64,000 nt of DNA. Origin: Octopus vulgaris (taxonomy: Eukaryota). The stretch lies in NCBI GenBank assembly GCA_951406725.2, contig OX597818.1:2046001-2110000 (forward strand). The letters are read 5' to 3'. The notes beneath the pieces are model-generated. The model was not told where the DNA came from. It saw only the letters and a list, made by a program, of their open reading frames with translations, and searched no databases. How positions within the stretch are numbered: the first letter of the stretch is position 1; the number at the start of each line of letters is the position of its first letter. A program made the translations under genes and the position numbers. Shown piece after piece: positions 49,877-61,436 of this stretch.

Positions 49877-51886
49877 TTATAGAATAGTCCTTCTGAATGG
49901 GTTCTGGATGTTATTCCATTCGGACTTTCGGTTGAGAGTAGGTTTGTATTCTTGTATACAAACAGCTTCTGTGACCTGTCTCAACATTGCATCGGTGGGA
50001 TGTGTTGATAGGATGTTCAACTTAAGCTCCCCTAAGGATCCCTTGTGGCAGTCTACAGCATGTTGGTAGAAGATGGAGTTTGGCTTCCTTTCAATGTAGT
50101 TGTCCAGGTGTTCTTTGAACCTATCATTGATGCTTCTAGAGGTCTCACCTATGTATGACTCCGGGTTAGCCGCGCAAGCTCCCTCCTGGCACTTAATCTG
50201 GTATACAGTGCCCTTGGTTTTACAATTTACGTGTGGATTTGTCGAACACACTGCACAATTACTCTGACAGGTGATTCTATCAAATGGATATGATCTGCAT
50301 AATGCCGATTTGATAGTCCTACCTGTCTTTTCTACAACTTTAACTTTTAGGCCCGTAGTGCGCAGGACTTTCTTGAATGCCTTACTTAGCTCGTTCTTAG
50401 GTGTGGCGTCAACGAACATCACTCCGTGAAATCTCCTGTTATCGTACCAAGTAACGTTTCTCATCTTTTTGTTGGTGTCCCTCTCTAACCTATTCCTGAA
50501 CTTGTTGCGGTACAGGGGGCATATACCGTTTTCGTCGTTCCCTAGAATGCGTTCGAATCTAGCTTTCGCTCCTTTGTACACCCTGACTCTATCGTCTTGT
50601 GTGTATCCGGAACGTTGCATTCGGAATATATAGTGCTGGATGTGTTGTTGTCGTTCTTGTGGTTGGCATAGTGGTGATACATTCCTCATTACTCTAACTA
50701 AGTCTGCCACTAGGATGTTGAGTTTGGCAGTATCCGACATAGCTGAGTCACTACGGATTACTAGTGGATTAGCCATCGGTTTCTGATAGTGTGAGTGGAG
50801 TATACATGGTTTAATGGTACCATTAACCATAGCGTCTTCCATCCATAGCTCAGTATCTAGGACGGGTAATCGTTTACTGGGGTGTTTAGAGGGGTAGTCT
50901 ATGGTAAGTTTTATACTGCTGTGGATAGAGTCAGCTATGTGTTGTATAGATGTCATCACCTGTTCTTCACTTGGTAGAGGGCCCATAACTGTGTCTGTAT
51001 TACATTTCACAACAAGGTTAATGTCGTCGACGTAACGAGAGTACATAGCCAAGTGGATGTTACGGTTTGCTAGGCACTGTTTAAAACGCTTGTCCCACCA
51101 TACCATGAAGAGGTTAGCAACGTCACCGGCGATCCCCACTCCAATAGCACCGCCTTTCGTTTGCTTATACAGTTTGTTGTCAAATTTAAAAATATGTGTT
51201 TTTAGCGTAAATCTCAGGCTGACACCGATAGCATGTGCGATGGTGGTTCTAATATCGTGTGCACTTGAGGGTGGGTAGTCCGGCTTTGTCCATCCCTGCC
51301 AACGCTCACAGTGAGTCTTCCTGTAAGCCGAGGTAATGGTAGGTGGTCTACCACGTTTGTTACGGGTGGGACAAGCATATAGAAGGTTATTGCGCGACAG
51401 GTATTCATTGGTACACGTCAGGGCCAGGAAGAGCCCTAGTTCATATACATCCACATTCTTAAATATCATACCACTCTCACTAACTATTTCTATACATTTA
51501 TCGACAGCAAAGTCTATATCGATGGAGGGGTACAGTGATACCACATCCATGCTACCCACGATGTGGTTCTTGAGGTCACACGTGTTGTTGCATTCGCGGA
51601 TCCTGCTAAGGAGGTCCTCAGTACTGTCACATACATCTGCAGATAGTTCTATTAACGGTCGTAGGAATTGTGAGAGAAAGTATGATATTTTGTGGTTGTT
51701 TGCATTGTTGGCACCACAAACGGGTCGGGTGGGTGGCCCAAGTATATGGTCCGTGTGGCTCTTGTGATCTTTGCGAAGGCCATATAGGGGTGGGATTTCG
51801 TAGTTGGTGATTAAGAAGTTGTTAGCTGTGCGCTTCTCCGACTGGAGAATTATACTCCACATCCCCATGTGAGCATTGACGATCTT
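49877..51886 (-). CDS. PLE reverse transcriptase + GIY-YIG endonuclease (N-terminally truncated)
   Basis: Uninterrupted frame: PLYGLRKDHK, RPVC, SMDVVSLYPSI, QTKGGAIG, RYVDDI, VLD, CQSNCAVC, VYQIKC...YIGETSRS..RFKEH, E, LN. The first ~49 codons of the computed 718-aa ORF come from the inverted arm. Confidence 0.95.
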   Translation of the reverse strand, partial: KIVNAHMGMWSIILQSEKRTANNFLITNYEIPPLYGLRKDHKSHTDHILGPPTRPVCGANNANNHKISYFLSQFLRPLIELSADVCDSTEDLLSRIRECNNTCDLKNHIVGSMDVVSLYPSIDIDFAVDKCIEIVSESGMIFKNVDVYELGLFLALTCTNEYLSRNNLLYACPTRNKRGRPPTITSAYRKTHCERWQGWTKPDYPPSSAHDIRTTIAHAIGVSLRFTLKTHIFKFDNKLYKQTKGGAIGVGIAGDVANLFMVWWDKRFKQCLANRNIHLAMYSRYVDDINLVVKCNTDTVMGPLPSEEQVMTSIQHIADSIHSSIKLTIDYPSKHPSKRLPVLDTELWMEDAMVNGTIKPCILHSHYQKPMANPLVIRSDSAMSDTAKLNILVADLVRVMRNVSPLCQPQERQQHIQHYIFRMQRSGYTQDDRVRVYKGAKARFERILGNDENGICPLYRNKFRNRLERDTNKKMRNVTWYDNRRFHGVMFVDATPKNELSKAFKKVLRTTGLKVKVVEKTGRTIKSALCRSYPFDRITCQSNCAVCSTNPHVNCKTKGTVYQIKCQEGACAANPESYIGETSRSINDRFKEHLDNYIERKPNSIFYQHAVDCHKGSLGELKLNILSTHPTDAMLRQVTEAVCIQEYKPTLNRKSEWNNIQNPFRRTIL

Positions 51887-53254
51887 TTCGACAAATCCAC
51901 ACGTAAATTGTAAAACCAAGGGCACTGTATACCAGATTAAGTGCCAGGAGGGAGCTTGCGCGGCTAACCCGGAGTCATACATAGGTGAGACCTCTAGAAG
52001 CATCAATGATAGGTTCAAAGAACACCTGGACAACTACATTGAAAGGAAGCCAAACTCCATCTTCTACCAACATGCTGTAGACTGCCACAAGGGATCCTTA
52101 GGGGAGCTTAAGTTGAACATCCTATCAACACATCCCACCGATGCAATGTTGAGACAGGTCACAGAAGCTGTTTGTATACAAGAATACAAACCTACTCTCA
52201 ACCGAAAGTCCGAATGGAATAACATCCAGAACCCATTCAGAAGGACTATTCTATAACCACCCCTCTCTCTCTCTCTCCCTTTCACCTGTAGTCCTTACAT
52301 ACAGGTTGCAATGCGTATGTGCAGTTATATACAACGGTATGAGCAGACGTTGTTTGATACGAACAGTTGCACCTAGGCGTTGTATCCATTCACGGTTAGA
52401 CGATGATGCGAGGAACAAACACACACCCACACATATATATATATATGTGTGTGCGTCTATACTAACATATATGTAAATATGTATACAACCTTCAGCAAAG
52501 TAACAGTCATGTACACAACTTGGACGGACACATGCCAGTACACGGACATACGTTCACATACACATACACATGTACACACTCTCACGGACACATCTACCCA
52601 TTCTCCTAGACACTCACATACATACGTAGCACATGAATACAAACATACATACATACCTACGTATGGGCATACACACGTACATACGCACGTACATGTACGC
52701 ACACACATACATGGGCACATGCATACGAGCGCGTATACATACATACGCACATGCGTACGTATGTACATACACACATACATACATACATACATACATACAT
52801 ACATACATACATACATACATACATACATACATACATACATACATACATACATACATACATACGCACATACATACATACATACATACGAACAATAGTAAAA
52901 CATTAGTTCTGTGATATAGAGATAAAAATCTGATAATAGATTTTAGGGTATAGTTCTTGTGAGCAAGCGTCATAAATTCACTTTCTAGCCTCGGCCGTAG
53001 GGAGTTGAAATTTGATAGCGTTGTGATGAGTGGTCACTCTACATCCATCCATCGCTACAGGTTTATAACTTTATGTTTTATAGAGTGTATGTGCGTGCTT
53101 ATACACACACGTACATATATACATACATACATACATGCACACACAGGCGTATGTGCGTACATGCATACGTACATACATACACACATGTATGCATACATAC
53201 ACACATACATATATATGACGAACTAACTGTTACTTTCTTAGATGCAGCACGGAC

Positions 53255-53304
53255 TTTGTCAGTGAACAGGTCGCGGATTTTAGCGACGAAAATATTTTGA
53301 CAAA
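53255..53304 (+). ncRNA. Minimal hammerhead-like motif, G3:C8 variant (inverted arm copy)
   Basis: TTTGTCA-GTGAACAG-GTCGC-GGATTTTA-GCGAC-GAAAATATTT-TGACAAA. Confidence 0.7.
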
Positions 53305-53385
53305 TTAAACTTAAATGTTGGAGTGAATCGAACGGCTTTTGTGTGTTTCTTAAATGGCTTATAAACACCTTCCACGCTGCAATTG

Positions 53386-53443
<58 letters not shown>

Positions 53444-53497
53444 TTAGATTCAGATGAATATGGTATGGTATTATCCATATAAATCATATGGAGGGAT

Positions 53498-55642
53498 TAT
53501 AATCAAAATAAGCAACAAGGATATCCAAAGGTAGTGTAGTAGAATCGTTTCCTGCTACTTCATTTAATTAAACAATGTAAGTATTACATCAGTTTTAAAA
53601 TGTAGAGCAATCTTCAGCCACATATGGAATTTTTTAATTAAATTGACAATATTCATTTTTATACTTATTCCATTTTCCAACATTACAAAGAGGGTAGGTA
53701 TATAGACAGTGAGGTGAATCTCATCAATAGAAACATGGTAGTAAATGATCTTTACTCATGGGCAGATTTCTTATCACTGAATTTACTTTGTTATTTAGAT
53801 TTACTATTGGGAAGGGGTTTTTATTCTATTAAGGTTCAGTGAAGACAACCAAGAATTTATCTATTTATAGATAGAGGAAGAGGCAGTTTAAGTGACAGAG
53901 CCATAAATCAAACTCTTTTTTGAAGAACCTAACTTTGGTACAGCTTAATGTATTTTAGCTAAAGTTAGTAGGCTGAAGCTAATGGAGTAGGGAGAATAGA
54001 AACTTCCAATACCTTAACTGTTTGACAACCATAATCCTACTTGTGATTTGAAATAAATATTCTTTATAGTTTTTTTTCAAAGGATTCTAATAAATTTTAG
54101 TATCTTATATAGGGATGGAGAGTAGAGAAATCATTTCATATTTATAAAAATATATACATTAAATTATTATTGATATAGATTTATAGTTAGTAAATAGTAA
54201 TTTATTTGTATTAATGAGTTAAATTAAAGGAATATGCTAGACATATTTATTTCATGCATGTTAATGATTTTAGAATGTACTTCACTTGAGCTTATAGTGA
54301 GTTATAACAGCTTGGTTCTATATAGGTTAAGTGTGTATCTAAAAGAAATGTAATATTCGGCAAGATGATATAGTGGGTAAATGAGTAAGATAATGGTTTA
54401 AAATTACAGTGAAATAATATTTAAGTCAGCAAATTGAAAAATAAAAATAAATTTAGACTATAGTAGATCAGGGGTAGACTAGATTTGTATTCTAAAAACC
54501 TATTATAGGATATACCGAGTTTATTTATAATATGTGAAGTAAGCTACTATAAGAAAATATTTAATAATTATAATATAATCTTATAATTGTGACGTATATT
54601 TGCTATTTAAATATGGCTAACCCCTAAGGGTGAATGCTACTGTAGTTTGTAGCCCCAGGAGGACACCTCCTCCAGCTGGCTATAGACACACTTTCTGTGC
54701 CCTATCAGTATTTGCAAAGGCAAATACTGAATGCTACAAACTACAGTAGCATTCACCCTTAGGGGTTAGCCATATTTAAATGGCAAATTTACATCACGAT
54801 GTGTAGTAGCTACTGTTTATAACTCGCTCGGAGATTTATTATTAATTTTATAATTACTAGACTAAAATTAATATAATTTTTCATGGGAGTTTTCGTGTGA
54901 GATTTGTGTATAATAACACATGAAGAACTGATCAAGCCTATTGGTTAGAAATTTTATTAATAATCAGACCATTTTAAAATAGAGGCTAAATAGCATAGAT
55001 ATTATTCTCTATTCAATTATCAGGCTTTGAATATTAATTCCCCTTAATTAATATTTGAAAAAAAAAAACTATCTAAAGGATATTTATTTCAAATCACAAG
55101 TAAGATTATGGCTGTTAAACAGTTAAGGTATTGGAAGTTTCTATTCTCCCTACCCCATTAGCTTCAGCCTACTAACTTTAGCTAAAATACTTTAAGCTGT
55201 ACCAGAGTTAGATTCTTCAAAAAAGAGTTTGATTTATGGCTCTGCCACTTAAACTGCCTCTTCCTCTATCTATAAATAGATAAATTCTTGGTTGTCTCCA
55301 CTGAACCTTAATAGAATAAAAACCCCTTCCCAATAGTAAATCTAAATAACAAAGTAAATTCAGTGATAAGAAATCTGCCCATGAGTAAAGATCATTTACT
55401 ACCATGTTTCTATTGATGAGATTCACCTCACTGTCTATATACCTACCCTCTTTGTAATGTTGGAAAATGGAATAAGTATAAAAATGAATATTGTCAATTT
55501 AATTAAAAAATTCCATATGTGGCTGAAGATTGCTCTACATTTTAAAACTGATGTAATACTTACATTGTTTAATTAAATGAAGTAGCAGGAAACGATTGTA
55601 CTGCACTACCTTTGGATATCCTTGTTGCTTATTTTGATTATA
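53498..55642. repeat. Nested inverted repeats (~590-bp outer arms, ~55-bp inner arms)
   Basis: Outer ~53498-54088 versus ~55050-55642; inner 54599-54652 versus 54733-54787. Confidence 0.9.
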
Positions 55643-55656
55643 TATATATATATATA

Positions 55657-56055
55657 GGCGCAGGTGTGGCTGTGTGGTAAGTAGCTTGCTTACCAACCAC
55701 ATGGTTCCAGGTTCAGTCCCACTGCGTGGCACCTTGAGCAAATGTCTTCTACTATAGCCTAGGGCCGACCAAAACCTTGTGAGTGGATTTGGTAGATGGA
55801 AACTGAAAGAAGCCCATCGTATATATGTATATGGATATATATGTGTGTGTTTGTGTGTCTGTGTTTGTCCCCCCAACATCGTTTGACAACCGATGCTGGA
55901 GTGTTTATGTCCCCGTAACTTAACGGTTCGGCAATAGAGACCGACAGAAAAAGTACTAGGCTTACAAAGAATAAGTCCTGGGATCGATTTGCTCAACAAA
56001 AGGAGGTACTCCAGCATGGCCGCAGTCAAATGACTGAAACAAATAAAAGAGTAAA
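55657..56055 (+). mobile_element. Full-length tRNA-derived SINE (Octopus OK/OR-like)
   Basis: A box TGGCTGTGTGG, B box GGTTCAGTCCC, internal (TA/TG)n, A-rich tail; three more copies in the window. Confidence 0.85.
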
Positions 56056-56129
56056 TATATATATATATACTAACCCAAAAAAATAGCAGCCATTTACTAA
56101 ATTTAACATTGGTATATTTATATCTATAT

Positions 56130-58543
56130 TTGGAGCAAAGAAACAAGCCTGGCAGGCCTGGAAGAGTGGGGGTAGCAAGGGACTGAATCAGATAGCCAGA
56201 AGGGAAGCTAGGAGACAAATATATATAGCCAAGGGAGTAGCAGAAAAGAAGTTTGCCAATGTTCAGCAATATAAGCACCAAAGAACTGAAGTGTTTCGAG
56301 TTGCAAGACTGTGTGTGAGAGAAAACCGTGATGTCATAGGAGAGAAATGTGTCCACATTGCGTTTAATGATTCTGCAAAGAGAGTGGCTTGGAGATGCCA
56401 TTATGAAAGACTGGTGAACGTGGAGAAGGAATGGGAGGAGGAGAGTCTGCCAAAGATTGATGCAATGGAGGGACCAGCTACCTGAATCGACAGTACCTTG
56501 GTAGATAAAGCAATTAAAGATATAAAGACAGGGAAAGCACTTGGCCCATCAGGAATCACCACTGAGATGCTTAAAATATTGGACGGTGTGGGTTATGGTC
56601 TTGTCACCGCATCGTAAATCAGGTAGTTTATGAAGGAGTCACACCCAATAACTGGTGTAGCGGTAACATAGTAAACTACTACAAAGGTAAAGGTGATGCT
56701 TTTGATAGAAATAACTACAGAGGTATCAAATTATTGGATCAGATGATGAAAGTTACAGAGGGTCATGCCAGGCAGAAGCACCACTGATGCTATATTTCTG
56801 GTAAGGCAACTGCAGGAAAAATATATAGCTAAAGATAAACCTTTCTATTTGGCTTTTGTTGACTTAGAGAAAGCCTTTGACAGGGTCCCTTGATCCTTTA
56901 TCTGGTGGTCAATGCGGAAACTAGGGATAGACGAGTGGCTGGTGAGGGCTGTACAAGCCCTGTCAATTAGGTGAGGGCTGGCACAACGAGTATAGTGAAG
57001 AATTCTGGGTAGAAGTAGAGGTTCACCAAGGATCAGTTTCCAGCCCCCTTTTATTCATCGTAGTCCTTCAGGCAATAACAGAAGAATTCAAGATAAGCTT
57101 CCACTGGGAGCTCCACTATGCTAATGACCTTCTAATAGCTGAGTTACTGCCAGAACTAGGGACAAAGTTTAGGGTGTGGAAGCTAGGTCTAGAATCGAAG
57201 GGCCTTAGAGTTAACCTAGCAAAGACCAAAGTCTTAGTAAGTAGGAGGGCTGACAAATCAGAAGCCCCTTCAGGTAGATGGCTCTGCTCGATCTGTAGAA
57301 ATGGCATGGGTAGGAATTCTATACGGTGTACCCGTTGTAAGCTATGGACACTTAAAAAGTGAAGCAATATCAGAGGAAGGTTAACCGGGAAGATAGTTTT
57401 TGTGTGTGGGAGATGGACAGGTGCAATAAACACTGAAGATGTACAGAAAATAGATTCCGTCTCATGCCAGGAGGAAAACTAGAAGTAGTTGATAGCTTCC
57501 GCTACCTAGGCGACCAAGTCTGTAGTGGTGGTGGTTGCTCTGAGGATGTAGCAACTAGAATAAGAATAGCCTGGGAAAAGTTCAGGGAGATCCTTTCTCT
57601 GCTGGCAACTAAAGGCCTCTCACTCATGGTGAGAGGTAGACTGTATGATACGTGTGTGCTAACTGCCATGCTACACAGCAGTAAAATATGGGCCATGACT
57701 GCTGAGGACATGCGTAGGCTTGAAAGAAATGAAGCTAGTATGATCTGCTGGATGTGTAATGTCTGTGCATACACGATAGAATGTGAATACCCTGAGAGAA
57801 AAGTTGGTCATAACAAGCATCAGATGTGGTGTGCAAGAGAGACGACTGCGCTAGTATGGTCATGTGTTACATATGGATGAGGATAACTGTGTGAGGAAGT
57901 CCCACGCCCTAACTGTGGAAGAAACCTGTGCAAGAGGTAGACCCAGGAAGACATGGGATGAGGTGGTATGCTGTGATTGAGAAGACACAGCAACTAAAGT
58001 GAAATCGCATCCATGGCCAAGTCCTGTGTTGTATGTCCTACCCATTTAAAAGTCCCCTTGATGCGTCGGTCGATATGATATGCTTGAGAAGAGTTGTTGA
58101 GTGAAGTAAAACCAAAATCGTAGCTGTGGCCAGTGCCCCTTGACTGGCTCCCGTTCCGGTGGCACGTAAAATGCATCATCTGAACGTAGTTGATGAAAGT
58201 GCCCCCTGACTTGCTCCCGTGCCAGTGGGATGTAAAAGACAATATCCAAACGTGGTCGATGCCAGGTCTGCCTGACTGACTCCCGTGCCGGTGACACATA
58301 AAAAGCACAATCCGAACGTGATGGATGCCAGGCCTGCCTGCCTGACTGGCTCTTGTGCTGCTGGCACATGAAAAGCACCCACTACACTTTCGGAGTGGTT
58401 GGTGTTAGGAAGGGCATCCAGCTGTAGAAACATTGCCAGATGAGATTGGAGCCTGGTGCAGCCACTGGCTTTCCAGACCTCAGTCAAATCGTCTAACTCA
58501 TGCCAGCCTGGAAAATGGACGTTAAACAAAGATGATGATGATG
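56130..58543 (+). mobile_element. 5'-truncated, decayed RTE-type LINE
   Basis: KA.GPSG, NYRGIKLL, FVDLEKAFDRVP, HQGS..SPLLF, YANDL, NLAKTK, PHD-like CSIC...C..C.LW, FRYLG, RGRPRKTW; (GAT)n tail. Confidence 0.9.
58128..58385 (+). repeat. About four degenerate ~66-bp tandem units in the RTE 3' UTR
   Basis: Recurring GCCAG...TGACTGGCTCCCGTGCCGGTGGCAC.TAAAA..CA...GAACGT unit. Confidence 0.8.
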
Positions 58544-58707
58544 AGATATATAGATATTATATATTACAAGATAATGTGTATGGTTTTGCTTCTTACAAAT
58601 CCAGACATACTTGCATATACAAAGAAAACAGCAAGAATTTGGATTAATTGCTCTTTTATAACGTTACAACATATGTGCATGGCATACGTATCTATGTATA
58701 TATTTTT

Positions 58708-59050
58708 TTATTTGTTTACTTGTTTCTATCATCTGACAGTGGCCATGCTAGAGCACTGCCTTAAAGGATGTCAGTCAAAGAAATCGCCCCCAAGACTTTG
58801 TTGCCTAGTACTTATTCTATCAGTCTGTTTTGCTGGACCGCTAAGTTACGGAAATATAAACACACCAGCATCAGTTGTCAAGCGATGGCAGGAGACAAAC
58901 AGAACAACACACACACACACATATACAATAGGCTTTGATTGGCCTGAGGCCATAGTAGAAGACACTTGCCCAAGGTGGCATGCAGTGGAACTGAATGCGG
59001 AACCATGTGGTTGGGAAGCAAGTTTCTTACCACATAGCCACACTTGCGCC
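58708..59050 (-). mobile_element. tRNA-derived SINE (same family as 55657-56055)
   Basis: Reverse-complement similarity from the head GGCGCAAGTGTGGCT to the tail. Confidence 0.85.
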
Positions 59051-59061
59051 TATATATTTTT

Positions 59062-59543
59062 TTGTGGCCCCCTTCTGTCATGAATGACCATGGGATTGCA
59101 CCTAGAAAGTTACCCTCCGAGGCACATGTCTGGGCAAGGTTGTTTATGGAAGACCAGCAGTCGCCCATGCATACCAGCCTTCCCTCTCCATGCCACCGAT
59201 GCTATCCAAGGGAAAGGCAAAGGCCGATGCAGCTTGGCACCAGTGACTTCGTAGCTCAATTATTAACGTGCAAGTGGCTGAGCACTCCACAGACACGTGT
59301 ACCCTTAACGTAGTTCTCGGGGAGATTCAGCGTGACACCGAGTGACAAGGTTGGCCCCTTGAAATACAGGTACAACAGAAACAGGAAGAAAGAGTGAGAG
59401 AAAGTTGTGGTGAAAGAGTACAGCAGGGTTCACTACCACCCCATGCTGGAGCCTCATGGAGCTTTAGGTGTTTTCGCTCAATAAACACTCACAATGCCCA
59501 GTCTGGGAATCGAAACCGCGATCCTACGACCGCAAGTCCACTG
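59062..59543 (-). mobile_element. tRNA-derived SINE of another family
   Basis: Minus strand anticodon/T-arm-like GGACTTGCGGTCGTAGGATCGCGGTTTCGATTCCC, head truncated; tail CCCATGGTCATTCATGACAGAAGGGG. Confidence 0.65.
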
Positions 59544-59544
59544 T

Positions 59545-59579
<35 letters not shown>

Positions 59580-59593
59580 TATATATTCTAGCA

Positions 59594-59640
59594 AAAACTG
59601 TCCGACGAACGGGAACGTGAAACTCAGAGTAACAGGTTTT
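59594..59640 (+). ncRNA. Minimal hammerhead motif, C4 variant (CCGACGA)
   Basis: CTGT-CCGACGA-ACG-GGAA-CGT-GAAAC-TCAGA-GTA-ACAG. Confidence 0.7.
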
Positions 59641-59667
59641 GTTGAATTTTCGGCTGCTTTAAATAAA

Positions 59668-59722
<55 letters not shown>

Positions 59723-59987
59723 GCAATACTAGAGTATTGCTTTCCAGTAAAGAATAGCCCGTATTATTACGTTCGCTATTTCCAGTAAATATCGGTACTT
59801 CGTTGTGCCATATATTTACTTCTTTGTATATTTTTCCCTCACGGGCTATTCTTTACTGGAAAGCAATACTCTAGTATTGCATTACTAATTTATTGAAACT
59901 TCTTCACCGTTCTCGTGCTGTTAGCGTTTCGGCTTTTCAGTCGAGTGTATTGGCATTAATGTGGTAACATCTGAAATGTCGTGGTAT

Positions 59988-60067
59988 ATGTTTGGCTGAT
60001 GAAGATAGATCAAGTTTATGGGTTGAGACATATCTTGAAAAATCTGAAACCGACGCCGGTCCCACAT
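59988..60067 (+). ncRNA. Canonical type I hammerhead ribozyme with closed stem III and GUC site
   Basis: TGG-CTGATGA-AGAT...ATCT-GAA-ACCG-ACGC-CGGT-C-CCA; predicted cleavage after 60061. Confidence 0.8.
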
Positions 60068-60249
60068 TATCCTTTTCTAGGTATTTCATCTTTCAGATGT
60101 TCTCCCTGGAGGTAAGACAATTTTTTCTAGTTTGTTGCACTCACGCATTTTTGCTAGTACATACGCGGTGAAGCTATACATTAGCGTCGTATTATTACGT
60201 TCGCTATTTCCAGTAAATATCGGTACTTCGTTGTGCTATATATTTACTT

Positions 60250-60288
<39 letters not shown>

Positions 60289-60444
60289 TATACATACATA
60301 CATATATATACATATATATATATATACATATACATACATACATACATACACATATATATATATATATACATATACATACATACATACATACACACATACA
60401 TACATACACACATACATACATACATACATACATACACATTTATA

Positions 60445-60610
60445 TGATTGATCGCTAGCCACTAAACCTTTTTTCATTTTCTCTCTCTGTTTATTTCTGT
60501 GTTCCTTTCTGTTGAAGAGCGTAGGTTGGAAACGTAAAAGACTTTCTCAATTCCCGAGTGTTAAACTAATACGTCTGTTTGTTGTTTACACACCCGTCTT
60601 CGTCTTTTGT
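60445..60610 (+). repeat. PLE-tail-like repeat with hammerhead-like fold at 60505-60540
   Basis: CTTT-CTGTTGAA-GAGC-GTAG-GTTG-GAAAC-GTA-AAAG; second copy at 8366. Confidence 0.55.
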
Positions 60611-60656
60611 TTTGTTTTTGTCGTTGTTGTTTTTTAAAATTCCAGCTATATATATA

Positions 60657-61436
60657 TGTAACGATTAGTATTATGAGATGTATTGGAGTTGGCAGTTGGC
60701 GATTGTATCGGGTGTTGCTGTTGCTGATGTGCAGAATGGAAGAAGAACAGCGATCGAAGTTTTAAGGAAATATTTATCGTTACTTTGTATAATGTCTTGC
60801 CTCGACGGGCAAGTGTGTGTATCATATAAAAACAATAGTTATCTTTTCTTGTATGTTGCTGCTGGTTATGTTTGGTCAACTGCAAGCTGTCCAACTAGGA
60901 ATTAGAAGATAGAGTGAATGTTAAAGGTAGGGAGTCGATAAAATGATACCTTCATGGTGCCTGACATTTAAACAATAGTGGTGTTGTGATAAGACACTGT
61001 ATCATAGTTGACATTCTCACTGGTAATCCTTCTCCCGGTTGAATGATCTCACTAACTGGATTTTGCCTGTGGTCGCCTCTACGTCATCTTGTTGCCAGCT
61101 GGATTCTCACTAACTGGATTCTGCCTGTGGTAGTTTCTACGTCATCTTTTTGCCAACCAGCTTTTTCCTACGGTGTGGTAGTATTTATGATTTTCCAAAC
61201 TAGTTAGGAGTGACATATTGTTGAGAACAATAGATTTCGTTGGCGGTCTGTTATCTCTGTTCTAGCTTTTAGTGGCATAGAAGGGTCAAGTGGAAAAGGC
61301 ATTATTCTACTTAGCGAAGGCATCTGGCAAATGTAACTGCTGTCACTCACAGAAAATCTATTGTTTTACTGTGAGAATAGTGGTCGAATTGTCAAGTAAA
61401 ATTTGGCGATCGAGAATCGCCAAATGATCCACAACA
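60657..61436. mobile_element. Possible LTR-like element
   Basis: Starts TGTAACG right after (TA)n; internal ~57-bp tandem pair 61047-61155; ends near ACAACA. No TSD seen. Confidence 0.3.

Larger units (their letters stand above)
48661..53387 (-). mobile_element. Young Penelope-like element (Naiad-type motifs), 5'-truncated, with 1.5-kb inverted arms
   Basis: Arms 48717-50246 and 51887-53387 are nearly identical; (TA)n on both sides. Confidence 0.95.

Noticed and set aside
48860-51886. Selenoprotein-type Naiad (in-frame UGA plus SECIS)
   Set aside because: No in-frame TGA in the retained ORF and no AUGA-N11/12-AA...GA pattern seen by eye. The TGA at 10087-10089 in the older element is a frameshift product. 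SECISearch was not run.
55540-55605. Hammerhead in the foldback arms (CTGATGTA...GAAACGATTGTA)
   Set aside because: The core is altered and there is no convincing stem I or stem II closure.
55535-56401. 288-aa ORF
   Set aside because: Chance antisense frame across RTE, SINE and foldback DNA.
58128-58385. CRISPR-like array
   Set aside because: Degenerate tandem units without unique spacers, inside a eukaryotic LINE.
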